Source of the DNA: a phage
Length of the DNA: 64,000 nucleotides
NCBI GenBank assembly: GCA_027262695.1
Contig: GCA_027262695.1_4722.1
Reading direction: 5' to 3' (one strand)
Part shown: positions 48,056 through 58,382 of the stretch, piece after piece
Layout: each line of letters starts with the position of its first letter
Numbering within the stretch: the stretch's first letter is position 1
The notes under the pieces: generated by a model
Seen by the model: the letters and a program-made list of their open reading frames with translations, nothing else
What the model was told of the DNA's origin: nothing
Database searches by the model: none
Program-made: the position numbers and the translations under genes

Positions 48056-48460
48056 CTAGTCTATCTTAAGCCAGATTGATGGTAAATGGAAATAGACACC
48101 GTCGTCTATTTGTTTTTGTGTTAACGGGGTTGGAAGTTTAGTGATGATGTTGTCGATCGATTCCTCAATGTCACTTGTTAGAACGTCGATGTGGTAATAG
48201 CGAGCGATGCGTCCGTTACGTTCTAGCCAAAACAGACGAACGAAATCACTATTTTTATTAATCGCATTCATAAACACGATTTGATGAAGCAGGATCATTC
48301 TTGACGAGGGGTAATCGTCAGGACGCGGAGTCATCACCAGTTCCCAACGTTTCCGTCGCACGCCTTTTTTGAATTGACTCGTTACATTTGAACCACTTTT
48401 ACCTAAGTTTATAACAAATTGCTTTAGACGATACGGTGTATTTCTGTAAATATCGGTCAT
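48056..48460 (-). CDS. hypothetical protein, possibly truncated relative of the 46336/47255 family
   Basis: 134 aa; C-terminal DDGVYFHLPSIWLKID resembles family N-terminal region. Confidence 0.4.
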   Translation of the reverse strand: MTDIYRNTPYRLKQFVINLGKSGSNVTSQFKKGVRRKRWELVMTPRPDDYPSSRMILLHQIVFMNAINKNSDFVRLFWLERNGRIARYYHIDVLTSDIEESIDNIITKLPTPLTQKQIDDGVYFHLPSIWLKID

Positions 48461-48544
48461 TGATTATAGCTCCAGGTTATTATCACTAAGGTAATATAGT
48501 CGTGAAATAAACTGGAGTAATAGAAATAATAAGACGGCATAAGA

Positions 48545-48575
48545 CCCTCTCCCAACCCGTAAGGGAAGGGAGAGG
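48545..48575. terminator. hairpin CCCTCTCCC-AA-CCC-GTAA-GGG-AA-GGGAGAGG
   Basis: Family member with GTAA tetraloop and compensatory stem variant. Confidence 0.55.
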
Positions 48576-48580
48576 AAGTA

Positions 48581-49948
48581 TTAAACGGTTGGACGAACGG
48601 TGTTGTCTTTTTCCGGTGCAAGCCAGAGTGTGACGGTACCGTGGCAGGTCCATTGGGGTTCACGTACAGAAGAACCCGCCATCGTAACAGCGCAATCGGT
48701 ACGCATAACAACGCCGTAAGCTTCGCAAAGGTTATTGTCTTGCATCCAAACAACTTTAGCAGGCATGCCAGGATACAGTAAATCCATGTTGGCATGTTCC
48801 CATACCAACTGCATCGTTCGACCGCGTAACCCAGCAGTATTACTTAATTCCCGCCAACGGTTATCCGTTACCCGGCCCATCCCTTTTGCTACCTTCACGT
48901 TATCACTACGTTCTTCCGTCACATACTCGCTTACGTTCACGGTACGACTGATGATCGTATCACCGCCCTTCGATAACGTCATTCCCTGGCTCATCTGACT
49001 CGCTGAAACAAAGCGTCCACCCGCATTACCTAACAATGAAGCTGCGTTGCTGATATCGCTGACCGACGCACCTCGTGTACACGCGATCTCCACGTATTTG
49101 TCACGATTGATCCAGGTATTTTCCATGCCGGGAAACATATCGGCCGGATAATTGTAAAAAATCGCCGTACGTCGACCGTCGGAGAAACGGGTTTCGTCAT
49201 ACAGAGGGTAGATATACAAATACGGTGATTGGTAATAGCAACCAACGTCCGCTGAATAAATACCGACCTGGTTCTGGATCTTATCAACAAGATCCATCGC
49301 GTTGGTACCATGAGGAAGAATCAATAACTTGAACAAATCATTGTTATTCGGTGCGACAATATCAACACCCTGCATTTTGAAGCCGGTATCCGCTTCAACA
49401 GCAGAAAGGATTTTACTGAATTCGAGTCGCAGTACATCCAGAACTTTCGATCCAGTATAGTTCTCACCGGTTTCTGACTGCATGAAGCTTTCAAGAACAG
49501 GATCGAACAACTGGAATTGAAGATCGACCATCTGCTCGTAATCTTTCTTCGCAGAATCGGTTGCAGTACGTTCATCGGTTGCGGACATACGACTGTCTAC
49601 GGTGGTTAAACAAACTGCCCGATAGACATAAGCTTGTGCGGCATCGTCTACGGTTTGGCGTTGTCCACGCATCAGACTGTACGCCTGCACGATGACGCGC
49701 ATTTTAAGTTGTTGCTGGTACGGTAAAATGTATTTTCCGTAACTGCCCGGAGGGAACTTTACAGAGATATAAAGTTCATCTCCTGCGTTACGTTCATAGT
49801 CTCGATACGTGTGGACTTGAGTCACTAAAGGAACAGACACCGTCATTGACGGCGTGATTAATTCCGCGGTGACTTTATACGCAACAGCAACTGCTTCCTG
49901 CGCAAATGTACCGATATACCGTCCTAACGGCGTCTGTTTGTAATCCAT
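48581..49948 (-). CDS. hypothetical structural protein
   Basis: 455 aa; first gene of a tightly coupled minus-strand block. Confidence 0.5.
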   Translation of the reverse strand: MDYKQTPLGRYIGTFAQEAVAVAYKVTAELITPSMTVSVPLVTQVHTYRDYERNAGDELYISVKFPPGSYGKYILPYQQQLKMRVIVQAYSLMRGQRQTVDDAAQAYVYRAVCLTTVDSRMSATDERTATDSAKKDYEQMVDLQFQLFDPVLESFMQSETGENYTGSKVLDVLRLEFSKILSAVEADTGFKMQGVDIVAPNNNDLFKLLILPHGTNAMDLVDKIQNQVGIYSADVGCYYQSPYLYIYPLYDETRFSDGRRTAIFYNYPADMFPGMENTWINRDKYVEIACTRGASVSDISNAASLLGNAGGRFVSASQMSQGMTLSKGGDTIISRTVNVSEYVTEERSDNVKVAKGMGRVTDNRWRELSNTAGLRGRTMQLVWEHANMDLLYPGMPAKVVWMQDNNLCEAYGVVMRTDCAVTMAGSSVREPQWTCHGTVTLWLAPEKDNTVRPTV

Positions 49949-49950
49949 GG

Positions 49951-50556
49951 TTAACGGCCTCGTTGTTGCTGCTGAATGATAAACTCTTCGATTTTAGTTC
50001 CTTTGAACTCGCTATGGCGTACGGCTTGCAGCTGTTCTTCAACCGTCGGACCCGCATTGAGACCGCCGCGACGTGCACGGTGGATACCGATTTTACGTCG
50101 CTGACCGATTTCACGTAAACGTGAGGTTAACCCGCTCATTTCCGTCGGATCTTTAATACGTCCACGTGCAACGTTCCATAGACCACCCATGAACTCTTCG
50201 AGGATACGACTTGCTTCAAGCGAAGGCGCACGCGCGTTAGGATCGTTTTCAAGATTGTACTTTACATACTCCGTGTGCTCCAGAAGAAGCGTGAACATTT
50301 TCATCGCGTTGACATCAGGATTAGCGATACGCATCGGAACACCACGAGAGTGTTTTTCAGCGGCTTGTGGGATGGTAAGCTGTGCCGGTACCTCTTCGTT
50401 CATCGTCATATCGTCGATTTCTGCAACCCCTGACGAGTAGACACCACTGACTTCGTTGGTATAGTTATCCACCATGAATTTACGGGGGATCCAGAATTCG
50501 AATTTACGTTCGAAAAGACGTTTGGTTGGGGTATCTTTAACGTGTTGTAGACTCAT
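49951..50556 (-). CDS. hypothetical protein
   Basis: 201 aa; ATGA overlap with upstream stop at 50553. Confidence 0.5.
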   Translation of the reverse strand: MSLQHVKDTPTKRLFERKFEFWIPRKFMVDNYTNEVSGVYSSGVAEIDDMTMNEEVPAQLTIPQAAEKHSRGVPMRIANPDVNAMKMFTLLLEHTEYVKYNLENDPNARAPSLEASRILEEFMGGLWNVARGRIKDPTEMSGLTSRLREIGQRRKIGIHRARRGGLNAGPTVEEQLQAVRHSEFKGTKIEEFIIQQQQRGR

Positions 50557-51869
50557 GGTTCAATAGCTCCTGCTCGTAACAGCATAATAACGAACGGTGT
50601 GAAATAATAACGATCTAACGGAGAAAGCAGTGGTATAGCGTCAACCATCTGCTTCAGTGCCGGATGACTGATTGCCTTTTCATCAATCATGTCGCGCACC
50701 ATACTTTCAATAATCGTCATTGGCGCTTGGTTGCGATAGAACGCCTCGGTGAAAACATAGTACGGATCATCTACTACTGATGGAAACAACGGAACGCCGT
50801 CATACTCCATCGATGTAAGGTTGGTCACCAACGGATTTGTCGGTGGTGTGCTTTCAGGTACCGCCAACTCTTTACCGACGTCTTCACCGAGCGACGTGGT
50901 CACAGGCCACATACAGAACCGCGCACCACTAAAACGAATCCCGCCTGCAGCCGGGTATTGGTAGAAACGCTTTGTTGACAACAGTGTGAATTTCACCGTC
51001 AACCGTGCTTCGTCTTCCCGACGTCCGTCCATGACCCATTCAAAGACAGAAATCGCATTCGCTTCCTGGTTATCGTCTACGTTAAGGCGTCCAAAGTTCC
51101 ATGATGGCTTTCCTTCAAGCGACGACCATAATTTCGTAAACGCATTAACACACCAGGGATCGTAGGTTGCCGCATCCTGACCAGGAACAAGTAGTGTGTT
51201 TAATTCACGGCTGTAAAATTCGTGGTAATACGCGTGACAAAGTCCCAGTGCACGACGGAGATAATCGTACTTACGATTGTATTTCTCCGTTGCCATTACG
51301 GGATGTTTTCCGTGCTTTAACTGGTCTTGGTCGTATAGCGTATCCTCAACGATTTTCGCTTCCAGTTCGATAAGCTGTTTTTCGTCAAGAATACGTTGGA
51401 AGGAAATGTCGCATTCGTAAGCCGGTGCTAAGCTGATGTTCTTCGGCGTGATTCGGGTGATTGTGTACACCGCGATACGATGATCGAGACCGGAGATTAA
51501 CAGCATGTTACCTAAAAGAGGAACCGATACCGCCGGAAGTATACACGTACCCTCTGATTGAAAACGTGCGGTACCGTTGTCGTACGACGGCGTCAATGAC
51601 GACATTAACTTGATAGGGTAATGTCTGATGCGACGGTACTGCTGTTCAGCGATATCGCGGTTAGCTTGAAAACTGCTTTGTTCATCATCGCGACCGAGAA
51701 TCTGTTCGTAATAATCACATTCTACGGAATAACCGGATGCGTAATTCACTAACCCGATTTGACTATTGTATTGCTCATCCACCACCGCAGAACGATAAAC
51801 ATCGTCGCGAGCCTTCGCGGGTTGTTGGGGGTTGATGATGGGTTTCGCGGGCTTCTTAGCGAGCGCCAT
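50553..51869 (-). CDS. hypothetical structural protein
   Basis: 438 aa. Confidence 0.5.
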   Translation of the reverse strand: MALAKKPAKPIINPQQPAKARDDVYRSAVVDEQYNSQIGLVNYASGYSVECDYYEQILGRDDEQSSFQANRDIAEQQYRRIRHYPIKLMSSLTPSYDNGTARFQSEGTCILPAVSVPLLGNMLLISGLDHRIAVYTITRITPKNISLAPAYECDISFQRILDEKQLIELEAKIVEDTLYDQDQLKHGKHPVMATEKYNRKYDYLRRALGLCHAYYHEFYSRELNTLLVPGQDAATYDPWCVNAFTKLWSSLEGKPSWNFGRLNVDDNQEANAISVFEWVMDGRREDEARLTVKFTLLSTKRFYQYPAAGGIRFSGARFCMWPVTTSLGEDVGKELAVPESTPPTNPLVTNLTSMEYDGVPLFPSVVDDPYYVFTEAFYRNQAPMTIIESMVRDMIDEKAISHPALKQMVDAIPLLSPLDRYYFTPFVIMLLRAGAIEP

Positions 51870-53448
51870 AGCGTTTCACTCCTACGATGGTACCGACAAG
51901 AATTCTCGGTACGAATAAACTACGATGTTTGAACCACGAAGCGGTTGTCGGGATACGTTTGATGGCTTCGATAAGCCCGATTAGCGTATAGCACCCCCGA
52001 CTGTTCTTCTTAGGCCAGTACTTTTTATCTAGACCTAATACTGCAAACAGCTCATCCACCAGATTGGGATAACAACACAATGCTTCAAGTGTTTCAACCT
52101 GTAACTGACTTAAATCTAACAGTATCGCCAGACGAACGTGGTAATCACTCCGTAGGTCTAATGGATCTTTCGCTTCAAGATCGCCAACGTCGGTTAATGT
52201 CCACGCGTCTCTTGCGTAGCGGTATTTGCCCTTCCAAACTTCAAGGAAAAAAGGAGACTGGTAATGGCATTTTGACCATTCCGGGTACTCACGGAACCAC
52301 CGAACAAGATCGGGATGGAATTCACCTTCTTCGGCTAACGAGTCCAACGTCACCAACAGGTTAGGTTGTTCAGGATCGATAGCGAGCAGCGCGGTGAAAA
52401 GCGTGCTTGATGGAAGCTCGGTCTCTACGCTCGATGGAGGCAGCCATTCATCCAAATCGGGATACCGATACGCTTGAATCGACGCACCCTGTTCCGGCAA
52501 GAACGAATCACGAAGAATGTCCTGATACTGCACCACCATACCACCACGACGCGCACGGGATTTATCACGCACCGAAAGGCTCGGTTTGTAAAGGTACTCT
52601 TCGGGGAGTATCTGTTGGTGTACTTGAACAGGATACCGCGCTACGATGTGTGTTGGCGTGTCGTATGTGTAACGGTAAGAGAAGGTTGCGTTGTACGAAG
52701 AACTGTTCTCATTCTTCTCGGGTTTCGGAGCGTCGGTGAAATCAAATTGACCAGAGATCTCTTCTTGCATTTCCCTGATAACCAATTTAACGCTCTTACC
52801 GTCACCTGCAACCGTCGTCATGGTGGTTGCGCGGTTGTCGAACCCGTCTCTAAGGTATTCGCTGAACTTATCCCCGTAACCCGCTATTGCTTCCCGGTGT
52901 GTATGAATAACTTTTAACAACATGAGAAACTGTGTTGGGATCGCATAGCTGTATTCGGCGCTAAGGAAGGCAGCGACGTGCTGACTTGTCAGCAAACGTT
53001 TCATGTCGTACCACCAACGTTCGGCGGTGACCTGATCCTCGAACCGTTTGGTGATCTGCATGGTCGCAACCATCGTACTGTAAACAGGTACTAGCGATAC
53101 GCCAAGGTTACGGTCTTCAAATACGGGAAGACTGTTTCGTTTGTAAACGGTATCGTACATAGAGGCCTGTTCTTCAGGGACAATGTTAAGCTCAATTTGG
53201 ATAAACCCGTCAGCAGGCCCCTTTACATCCTGATCAACAACTTGCGGCGGTTGCTCGTTCGCAGCACTCATTTTAGCGTGAAGAGCTTCCCCTCGAAAAA
53301 GAATGTTCTCCCGACTATAATCCCACCCGCAAAGCTCGCTGATCTGCCGTAACACCGCGATTGCAACCGGACGTGTTACCGTCGCGTATACGTCATTGAT
53401 TTTTCGATCAAGTTTAGGCATCGGTGTCGTCCTCGCTAATTTCCCCAC
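51856..53448 (-). CDS. hypothetical structural protein
   Basis: 530 aa. Confidence 0.5.
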   Translation of the reverse strand: MGKLARTTPMPKLDRKINDVYATVTRPVAIAVLRQISELCGWDYSRENILFRGEALHAKMSAANEQPPQVVDQDVKGPADGFIQIELNIVPEEQASMYDTVYKRNSLPVFEDRNLGVSLVPVYSTMVATMQITKRFEDQVTAERWWYDMKRLLTSQHVAAFLSAEYSYAIPTQFLMLLKVIHTHREAIAGYGDKFSEYLRDGFDNRATTMTTVAGDGKSVKLVIREMQEEISGQFDFTDAPKPEKNENSSSYNATFSYRYTYDTPTHIVARYPVQVHQQILPEEYLYKPSLSVRDKSRARRGGMVVQYQDILRDSFLPEQGASIQAYRYPDLDEWLPPSSVETELPSSTLFTALLAIDPEQPNLLVTLDSLAEEGEFHPDLVRWFREYPEWSKCHYQSPFFLEVWKGKYRYARDAWTLTDVGDLEAKDPLDLRSDYHVRLAILLDLSQLQVETLEALCCYPNLVDELFAVLGLDKKYWPKKNSRGCYTLIGLIEAIKRIPTTASWFKHRSLFVPRILVGTIVGVKRYGAR

Positions 53449-53797
53449 CTCCTTGTTGTCGATATCCGGTATAATGAATCAGACTGCTCTGTAGAAGCTC
53501 TTTAACGAGCCCTAGACGCGTTTTATCTGTTTCATTGGACGTTTCCATTAATGTTTCTATTTCATTGTTTAAAACAGCGTATAGCGCTTCTAACGGCAAT
53601 CCTTGGATGATTGGTTTGATGGTACCTTCCGGTAGTGCCGCAACAGGAATCTGCACGACGGTTTCGTGTGCGGTATGTGGGTTAATACGGCAAATATACA
53701 TACCGGGTACTGAATGTCGCGGGCACGCCGCTACCAAGCATGTCTGTTGCTGCGCACCGTTAAGTGCGAGTGAAAGAAATTTTGCTTCACGTGTCAT
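53414..53797 (-). CDS. hypothetical small protein
   Basis: 127 aa ORF. Confidence 0.4.
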   Translation of the reverse strand: MTREAKFLSLALNGAQQQTCLVAACPRHSVPGMYICRINPHTAHETVVQIPVAALPEGTIKPIIQGLPLEALYAVLNNEIETLMETSNETDKTRLGLVKELLQSSLIHYTGYRQQGGGEISEDDTDA

Positions 53798-53885
53798 CGC
53801 AGATTCCTGTTTGAAAGATAAGATATCACATGATGGTCGACAGCATAAAGCCCACCCCGAAGGGCGGGCTGTTTATGCGTACGGA

Positions 53886-56800
53886 TTACTTGTAGGCACC
53901 GCAATGGGCTTTGATGAGGAAAAGCACCGCTTGCATCGGTTTATTGAACTGTTGCCATAACGTCAATGCCGGATGGAACAGCCAATCTTCCAGGCCAAGA
54001 ACAATACCGTAGTTAACGACATTATTAACATCATTCTCAACGTTGAGTTCACTGTCCAGGAATTTGTCGATGGAACGCAGGGTCTGCATGGCGTTATCAG
54101 CGATAAGCCAAGCTTCATGCGCTTCCCGAGCTGCACGCAGCAGTGCTTCCAGTTCGCTGGTGCTGGCAACCGGCAACTCTTCGCTGATGAGATCATCGGA
54201 CACCGTGAAGCTACGGTTGATACCGGTATAGATCCACTGCATCAGTTTCGCTGCTTCCTCGTTCGGGTTGTTGCGCGTTGTCGCATAGGTCGCGCTCATC
54301 TTCACGATATGCGTTTCACCAAGATACGCTTTGGACCCAACGCCTTTACGATCGCTGTCTTTCCACGGTTGTACGGCAGCAACCATAAGCTTATCCCATT
54401 TCTGAATAGGAATACGCTTCAGACCAACAACCGATCCGGCGGATGTTTCGGACTGGTTGCTCTTCCGCACGTCGCTGAGTTCACGATCGATAGCAACGAT
54501 TAATTCACGCGTCATGTTACCAAGCATTTTGATTTCACCCAACGCAGCGATGAGCTTCTTCACATCGGTAACAGGTTCACCACCGATGGTAAGATGACGG
54601 ATGAAACGTTTCAGAATAATCCGTTCTGCTGCTGGGTTGCCGCGACGCGCTTTAGCCAATGCTTGCTGCGTTTCGGCGAACAGCTTATCCCATGGAGCCG
54701 TAGCGGCGGTATAGTAACGGTGGTTGGTTTCAATCCAGTTACCGATACGGTTGACCGCGCTCTTAACGGTATCCATGAATCCTTCCATCGCAATTTCGGT
54801 AGCTTCGACGTTACCCTGGAAGTTATCAGGACCGATCTCACGTGCCGCTACCAGAATACCTTCCACCGCGCTCACCGCATGACGACCGATAGCCAGATTT
54901 CGCTGCGCTTCTTCAGCACGCTCAACGAATTCCACTACCGCAGGATCGTCAACGATTTCCGCCTCAGCAACAACACGAGTACCAGCATCGCCTTCCAGTG
55001 TCTCGATGGTGACAACCGGATCGTTTTCACCGGCAACATCCTGATACTCTTCCTGTTTGAGATCACCGTTATCAGCCGCTGCGACAGCGGTGAGTATACG
55101 AACGGTGACATCGCCCAGTTCTTTTGCAGCGAATCCGTAAACAGTACATGCGGTCGTTGCAAAGTTCATCAGGGTGCGTGTGCGCTGCGTGGTGTAACGT
55201 GCGCCTGATTCGTTTTCCACTTTGTCGAGATCACGGAGTAACTGCTCAGCCGTCTCCTGAAGTTGAGTAGCTGCTTTCAGGAGGTCTTCGTCGAACAGTT
55301 TTGTTGACGCATCGATCAGCATTTCAACGCTAACGTTGGACGGTACAGCATCATCCTGTTGTTTCATGGTGCTAAGTTCGTCACGGAACTCACGAATACC
55401 GTTTAACGCATCGTCGATGGAATACCCGAACGCTTTCACACCCGCCATTCCAAGAGCCGCTTTCATTTCACCCGGATGCTGAACTTGCTCGCCTTCCTTG
55501 CTGTTCTTTAACTCATCGAAATATTTCTTCGACGCGTCCGCAATACGTTTACTGTCTTTGACCGCGTTTACGATCTTATCGACAGATTTAGCATCGTTTG
55601 CGAGCAGAGTATCCAGTTTATTCCACTCAACGTCAACCTTCTTGGCATCGCTTGGTGGTGGAAGCAGTTTCATCACTGGTGTTGTGCGTTGTTCTTTGGT
55701 GAGCTTATCGGCCTTCTCATCGATTTTCTTTTTACTAACACCGAAGAGTTTTCTTAGGCGTGCCACGATTGCTTTTAAGAACTTCGCGACCGCTTCGTAA
55801 ACCGATTTCAGAATCTGTTTAAAGCGACCTGGCTGCTTTTCCCCGTCTTCCAGATTGAGATCGCTATTCAGTGCGACATCAAGCTGTTTGTACGATTCCA
55901 TGATGTATTCGTCTTTGATTTCAGGACGAATCTCGAAGCTTTCCATCGGACCTTCAGCCGGACGGAATTCCATTTTCAGTTCGCCTTGCAGAGTAGGGTC
56001 GACAATGGCGATCGCTTCACCCTGACCATCAGCGTTAAAGCGTTCAGCGTAACGAGTACGACGAACAATAACACTCTTATCCCCCTCAAGACGACGGACC
56101 ACCATGGTGCCAGGAATGTACGGTTGTTCTGTTTCGATGACGGTTACATCTGCCTCACCTTCGCCGAGAATAACCGATGCACGCTGTTCAACAACAGGAA
56201 CATCTAATACGCCACGTGCTTCCAGCTCTTGATGAATTTCGAACGACTCTTGTTTCAGATCTTCATCTTCTTCGTTTTCGTCTTCATCACCGTCACCTTT
56301 GGTGTCTTCATTACCCTCGGTGGTTTTGGTGTCGGTAGCATCAGCGTCGGCGTCTGTGTTGGTAGGTTCTTCGGACGCGGGTTCGGTGGTGCTATCCTCG
56401 GTGGACGTTTCGTCGGCGTTATCGACGTCAACATCACCTTGCAGCTCCGTTTCTTGAGCAACGGCGTCGGCTTTCTGCTCACCAGTATTGCCGTCATTAG
56501 CGTCGACAACAGGTTGTTCGTCAGCGACGGTATCTTCAACCTTTTCTACTTTCTCCACAACACGTTTAATCACGGTGACTTTGATGGGTTCTTCCGTCGT
56601 TTTGGTTTCTGGCGTCGCCTCGGCTACCTCAGCTGCTGTTTCAGCAACAGGTTCTGCTTTTTCCGGTTCGACGACATTGCCTTTAACACCTTCGGTGGTT
56701 TCTGCAGGTTGCGTCGCCTGTTCGATTTGTGCCGGATTGGTTGGATCGATGGCGTTAGCCGCATCCTGAATCTTGTTCTTCAGGTTGTCACGGTCAGCGT

Positions 56801-57260
56801 TAACGGTCGGATCATTGGTCACTTTCGGTGCCGGTGTTTCGGTCGGTGCGTTTGCTGGATATGGGTTCTTCGGCTCTTCACCAGGTGCGGTCGGTACGGC
56901 GATCAGCACGAACGGCTGCACGTCGTTACCGTCTTCCATGGTAACGCCACCGTTGCTCGGTGTGAAACGAATTCGTAAACTACCATCGATAGGACGGGTC
57001 ACAATAACAGCACGTACGACATCCTCGCCGTTCTCATCCGTGCTACGAATTACGCGAACGGCATCATCAACAGTAGCCCCTTCCTCGAGCGTATCTGATT
57101 CGATCGTCGCTTCGATGCTGTCTGGCCGTGCCGCTGTAGGTAATGCGATCACCTGCTCTTCTTTATCAGTAGAAAGCGTTGCTTTGACTTCGATCGGTGT
57201 ATCGCCGCTTTCCAGGTTAAGATGCGACTTACGCATCAGATCAGCTAACGATTTTTTCAT
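53886..57260 (-). CDS. large head-module protein with internal acidic low-complexity segment
   Basis: 1124 aa; DADADATDTKTTEGNEDTKGDGDEDENEEDEDLKQ around 56255-56540. Confidence 0.55.
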   Translation of the reverse strand: MKKSLADLMRKSHLNLESGDTPIEVKATLSTDKEEQVIALPTAARPDSIEATIESDTLEEGATVDDAVRVIRSTDENGEDVVRAVIVTRPIDGSLRIRFTPSNGGVTMEDGNDVQPFVLIAVPTAPGEEPKNPYPANAPTETPAPKVTNDPTVNADRDNLKNKIQDAANAIDPTNPAQIEQATQPAETTEGVKGNVVEPEKAEPVAETAAEVAEATPETKTTEEPIKVTVIKRVVEKVEKVEDTVADEQPVVDANDGNTGEQKADAVAQETELQGDVDVDNADETSTEDSTTEPASEEPTNTDADADATDTKTTEGNEDTKGDGDEDENEEDEDLKQESFEIHQELEARGVLDVPVVEQRASVILGEGEADVTVIETEQPYIPGTMVVRRLEGDKSVIVRRTRYAERFNADGQGEAIAIVDPTLQGELKMEFRPAEGPMESFEIRPEIKDEYIMESYKQLDVALNSDLNLEDGEKQPGRFKQILKSVYEAVAKFLKAIVARLRKLFGVSKKKIDEKADKLTKEQRTTPVMKLLPPPSDAKKVDVEWNKLDTLLANDAKSVDKIVNAVKDSKRIADASKKYFDELKNSKEGEQVQHPGEMKAALGMAGVKAFGYSIDDALNGIREFRDELSTMKQQDDAVPSNVSVEMLIDASTKLFDEDLLKAATQLQETAEQLLRDLDKVENESGARYTTQRTRTLMNFATTACTVYGFAAKELGDVTVRILTAVAAADNGDLKQEEYQDVAGENDPVVTIETLEGDAGTRVVAEAEIVDDPAVVEFVERAEEAQRNLAIGRHAVSAVEGILVAAREIGPDNFQGNVEATEIAMEGFMDTVKSAVNRIGNWIETNHRYYTAATAPWDKLFAETQQALAKARRGNPAAERIILKRFIRHLTIGGEPVTDVKKLIAALGEIKMLGNMTRELIVAIDRELSDVRKSNQSETSAGSVVGLKRIPIQKWDKLMVAAVQPWKDSDRKGVGSKAYLGETHIVKMSATYATTRNNPNEEAAKLMQWIYTGINRSFTVSDDLISEELPVASTSELEALLRAAREAHEAWLIADNAMQTLRSIDKFLDSELNVENDVNNVVNYGIVLGLEDWLFHPALTLWQQFNKPMQAVLFLIKAHCGAYK

Positions 57261-57275
57261 AAAGCGTTATTCCTC

Positions 57276-58382
57276 TTAAAAGTAATATTTCAGCGCCTCG
57301 CGAGAGACATCAAGCATAGCCGCTGTTGAATTCGTAAAGAACTCGGCATAGCCCACAAGCGGCACCTTGATCCACGCGGTATACGCTGTAAGGTATCGAG
57401 AAAGGGCTACCATAGCATCATCAGAAGCAGTAGCAACTGACAACTGACCTTGTTGACGATAAACGTCGTTAAGTTTTGCTTGTAGATTCCCTGCGATTTC
57501 GAGTAACTCGTTGGCGTACTTTTTACGATGGTAACTAACCAGCAAATCAACACCCGTATTTACAGACTCGAGTAGCACACCAACTTGTTCTAATGTTGGC
57601 ATTGTAACCACCATATCCCGTTCAACTGACGGTATATCCTGGACTTCAAACCGTGCGGATTGAATGGCGAGGGACTGTTGAATTGAACCGGAACCTGAGG
57701 CGGTAACCTGATCGAGTCGCAGCATACGGTTGCCCAGTAACGTTACGTTGGCGAGTTTCGATTCGTTCAGCGTACTGTAGACTTTATGCAATAACGTATA
57801 CGCATCACGGTTAATCACATCGATTAATGCGGTATCCGTCTGTTTTAAGATAATGTCGAGCGCTCTATCTAACGTATTAGCGAACTGCTTGAAATCATCA
57901 CGGAACGACGAAGACAAGAGATATTCAGCGATCGCTAAATTCTGCTTGTATAACGTATTCCCGGTGGTGAAATCGAACCCAAAACTGTTCCCATACCGTA
58001 GGTGTGGGGCCAGCGTCGACGAAGCTTCGAAGCTTTGCGCGATAGGTTTACGACCAACGGCTTTTGTGTAATGGCGGCGGATGTTACTGAGTTCGAGTTG
58101 TAGTGCGCGACTACGATCGATAAACCGTGCGATAAACGCGGTAATGTTCCGCAACGTTGTCCAGATTGCATCGATGATGGCTTTGATGATTTTCATCGCA
58201 AGCTGATTGTACGATTCCATCGTGAGGAGATCAGCACTTTCTGTGGTATAACTGGTTGCCAGCATCCCGCCCGCTTGCTGATAAATAAGCTGGTGAATTT
58301 GTCGTTGCGTTGCTGTCTCTGGTACAGGTAATGTCTTTAACAAGCTTAACGCTTGAATCTGTCCGTCATAGGTCTGCAGCAT
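57276..58382 (-). CDS. hypothetical protein
   Basis: Start at ATG 58382 (GAGGA 8 nt upstream); ORF track extends to 58445. Confidence 0.5.
   Translation of the reverse strand: MLQTYDGQIQALSLLKTLPVPETATQRQIHQLIYQQAGGMLATSYTTESADLLTMESYNQLAMKIIKAIIDAIWTTLRNITAFIARFIDRSRALQLELSNIRRHYTKAVGRKPIAQSFEASSTLAPHLRYGNSFGFDFTTGNTLYKQNLAIAEYLLSSSFRDDFKQFANTLDRALDIILKQTDTALIDVINRDAYTLLHKVYSTLNESKLANVTLLGNRMLRLDQVTASGSGSIQQSLAIQSARFEVQDIPSVERDMVVTMPTLEQVGVLLESVNTGVDLLVSYHRKKYANELLEIAGNLQAKLNDVYRQQGQLSVATASDDAMVALSRYLTAYTAWIKVPLVGYAEFFTNSTAAMLDVSREALKYYF

Noticed and set aside
56229-57279. Plus-strand ORFs (56229-56978, 56773-57279, 56488-56769) with Phe/Gly/Ser-rich translations
   Set aside because: Antisense to the acidic segment of the 1124-aa gene; low-complexity mirror of the sense-strand repeats.
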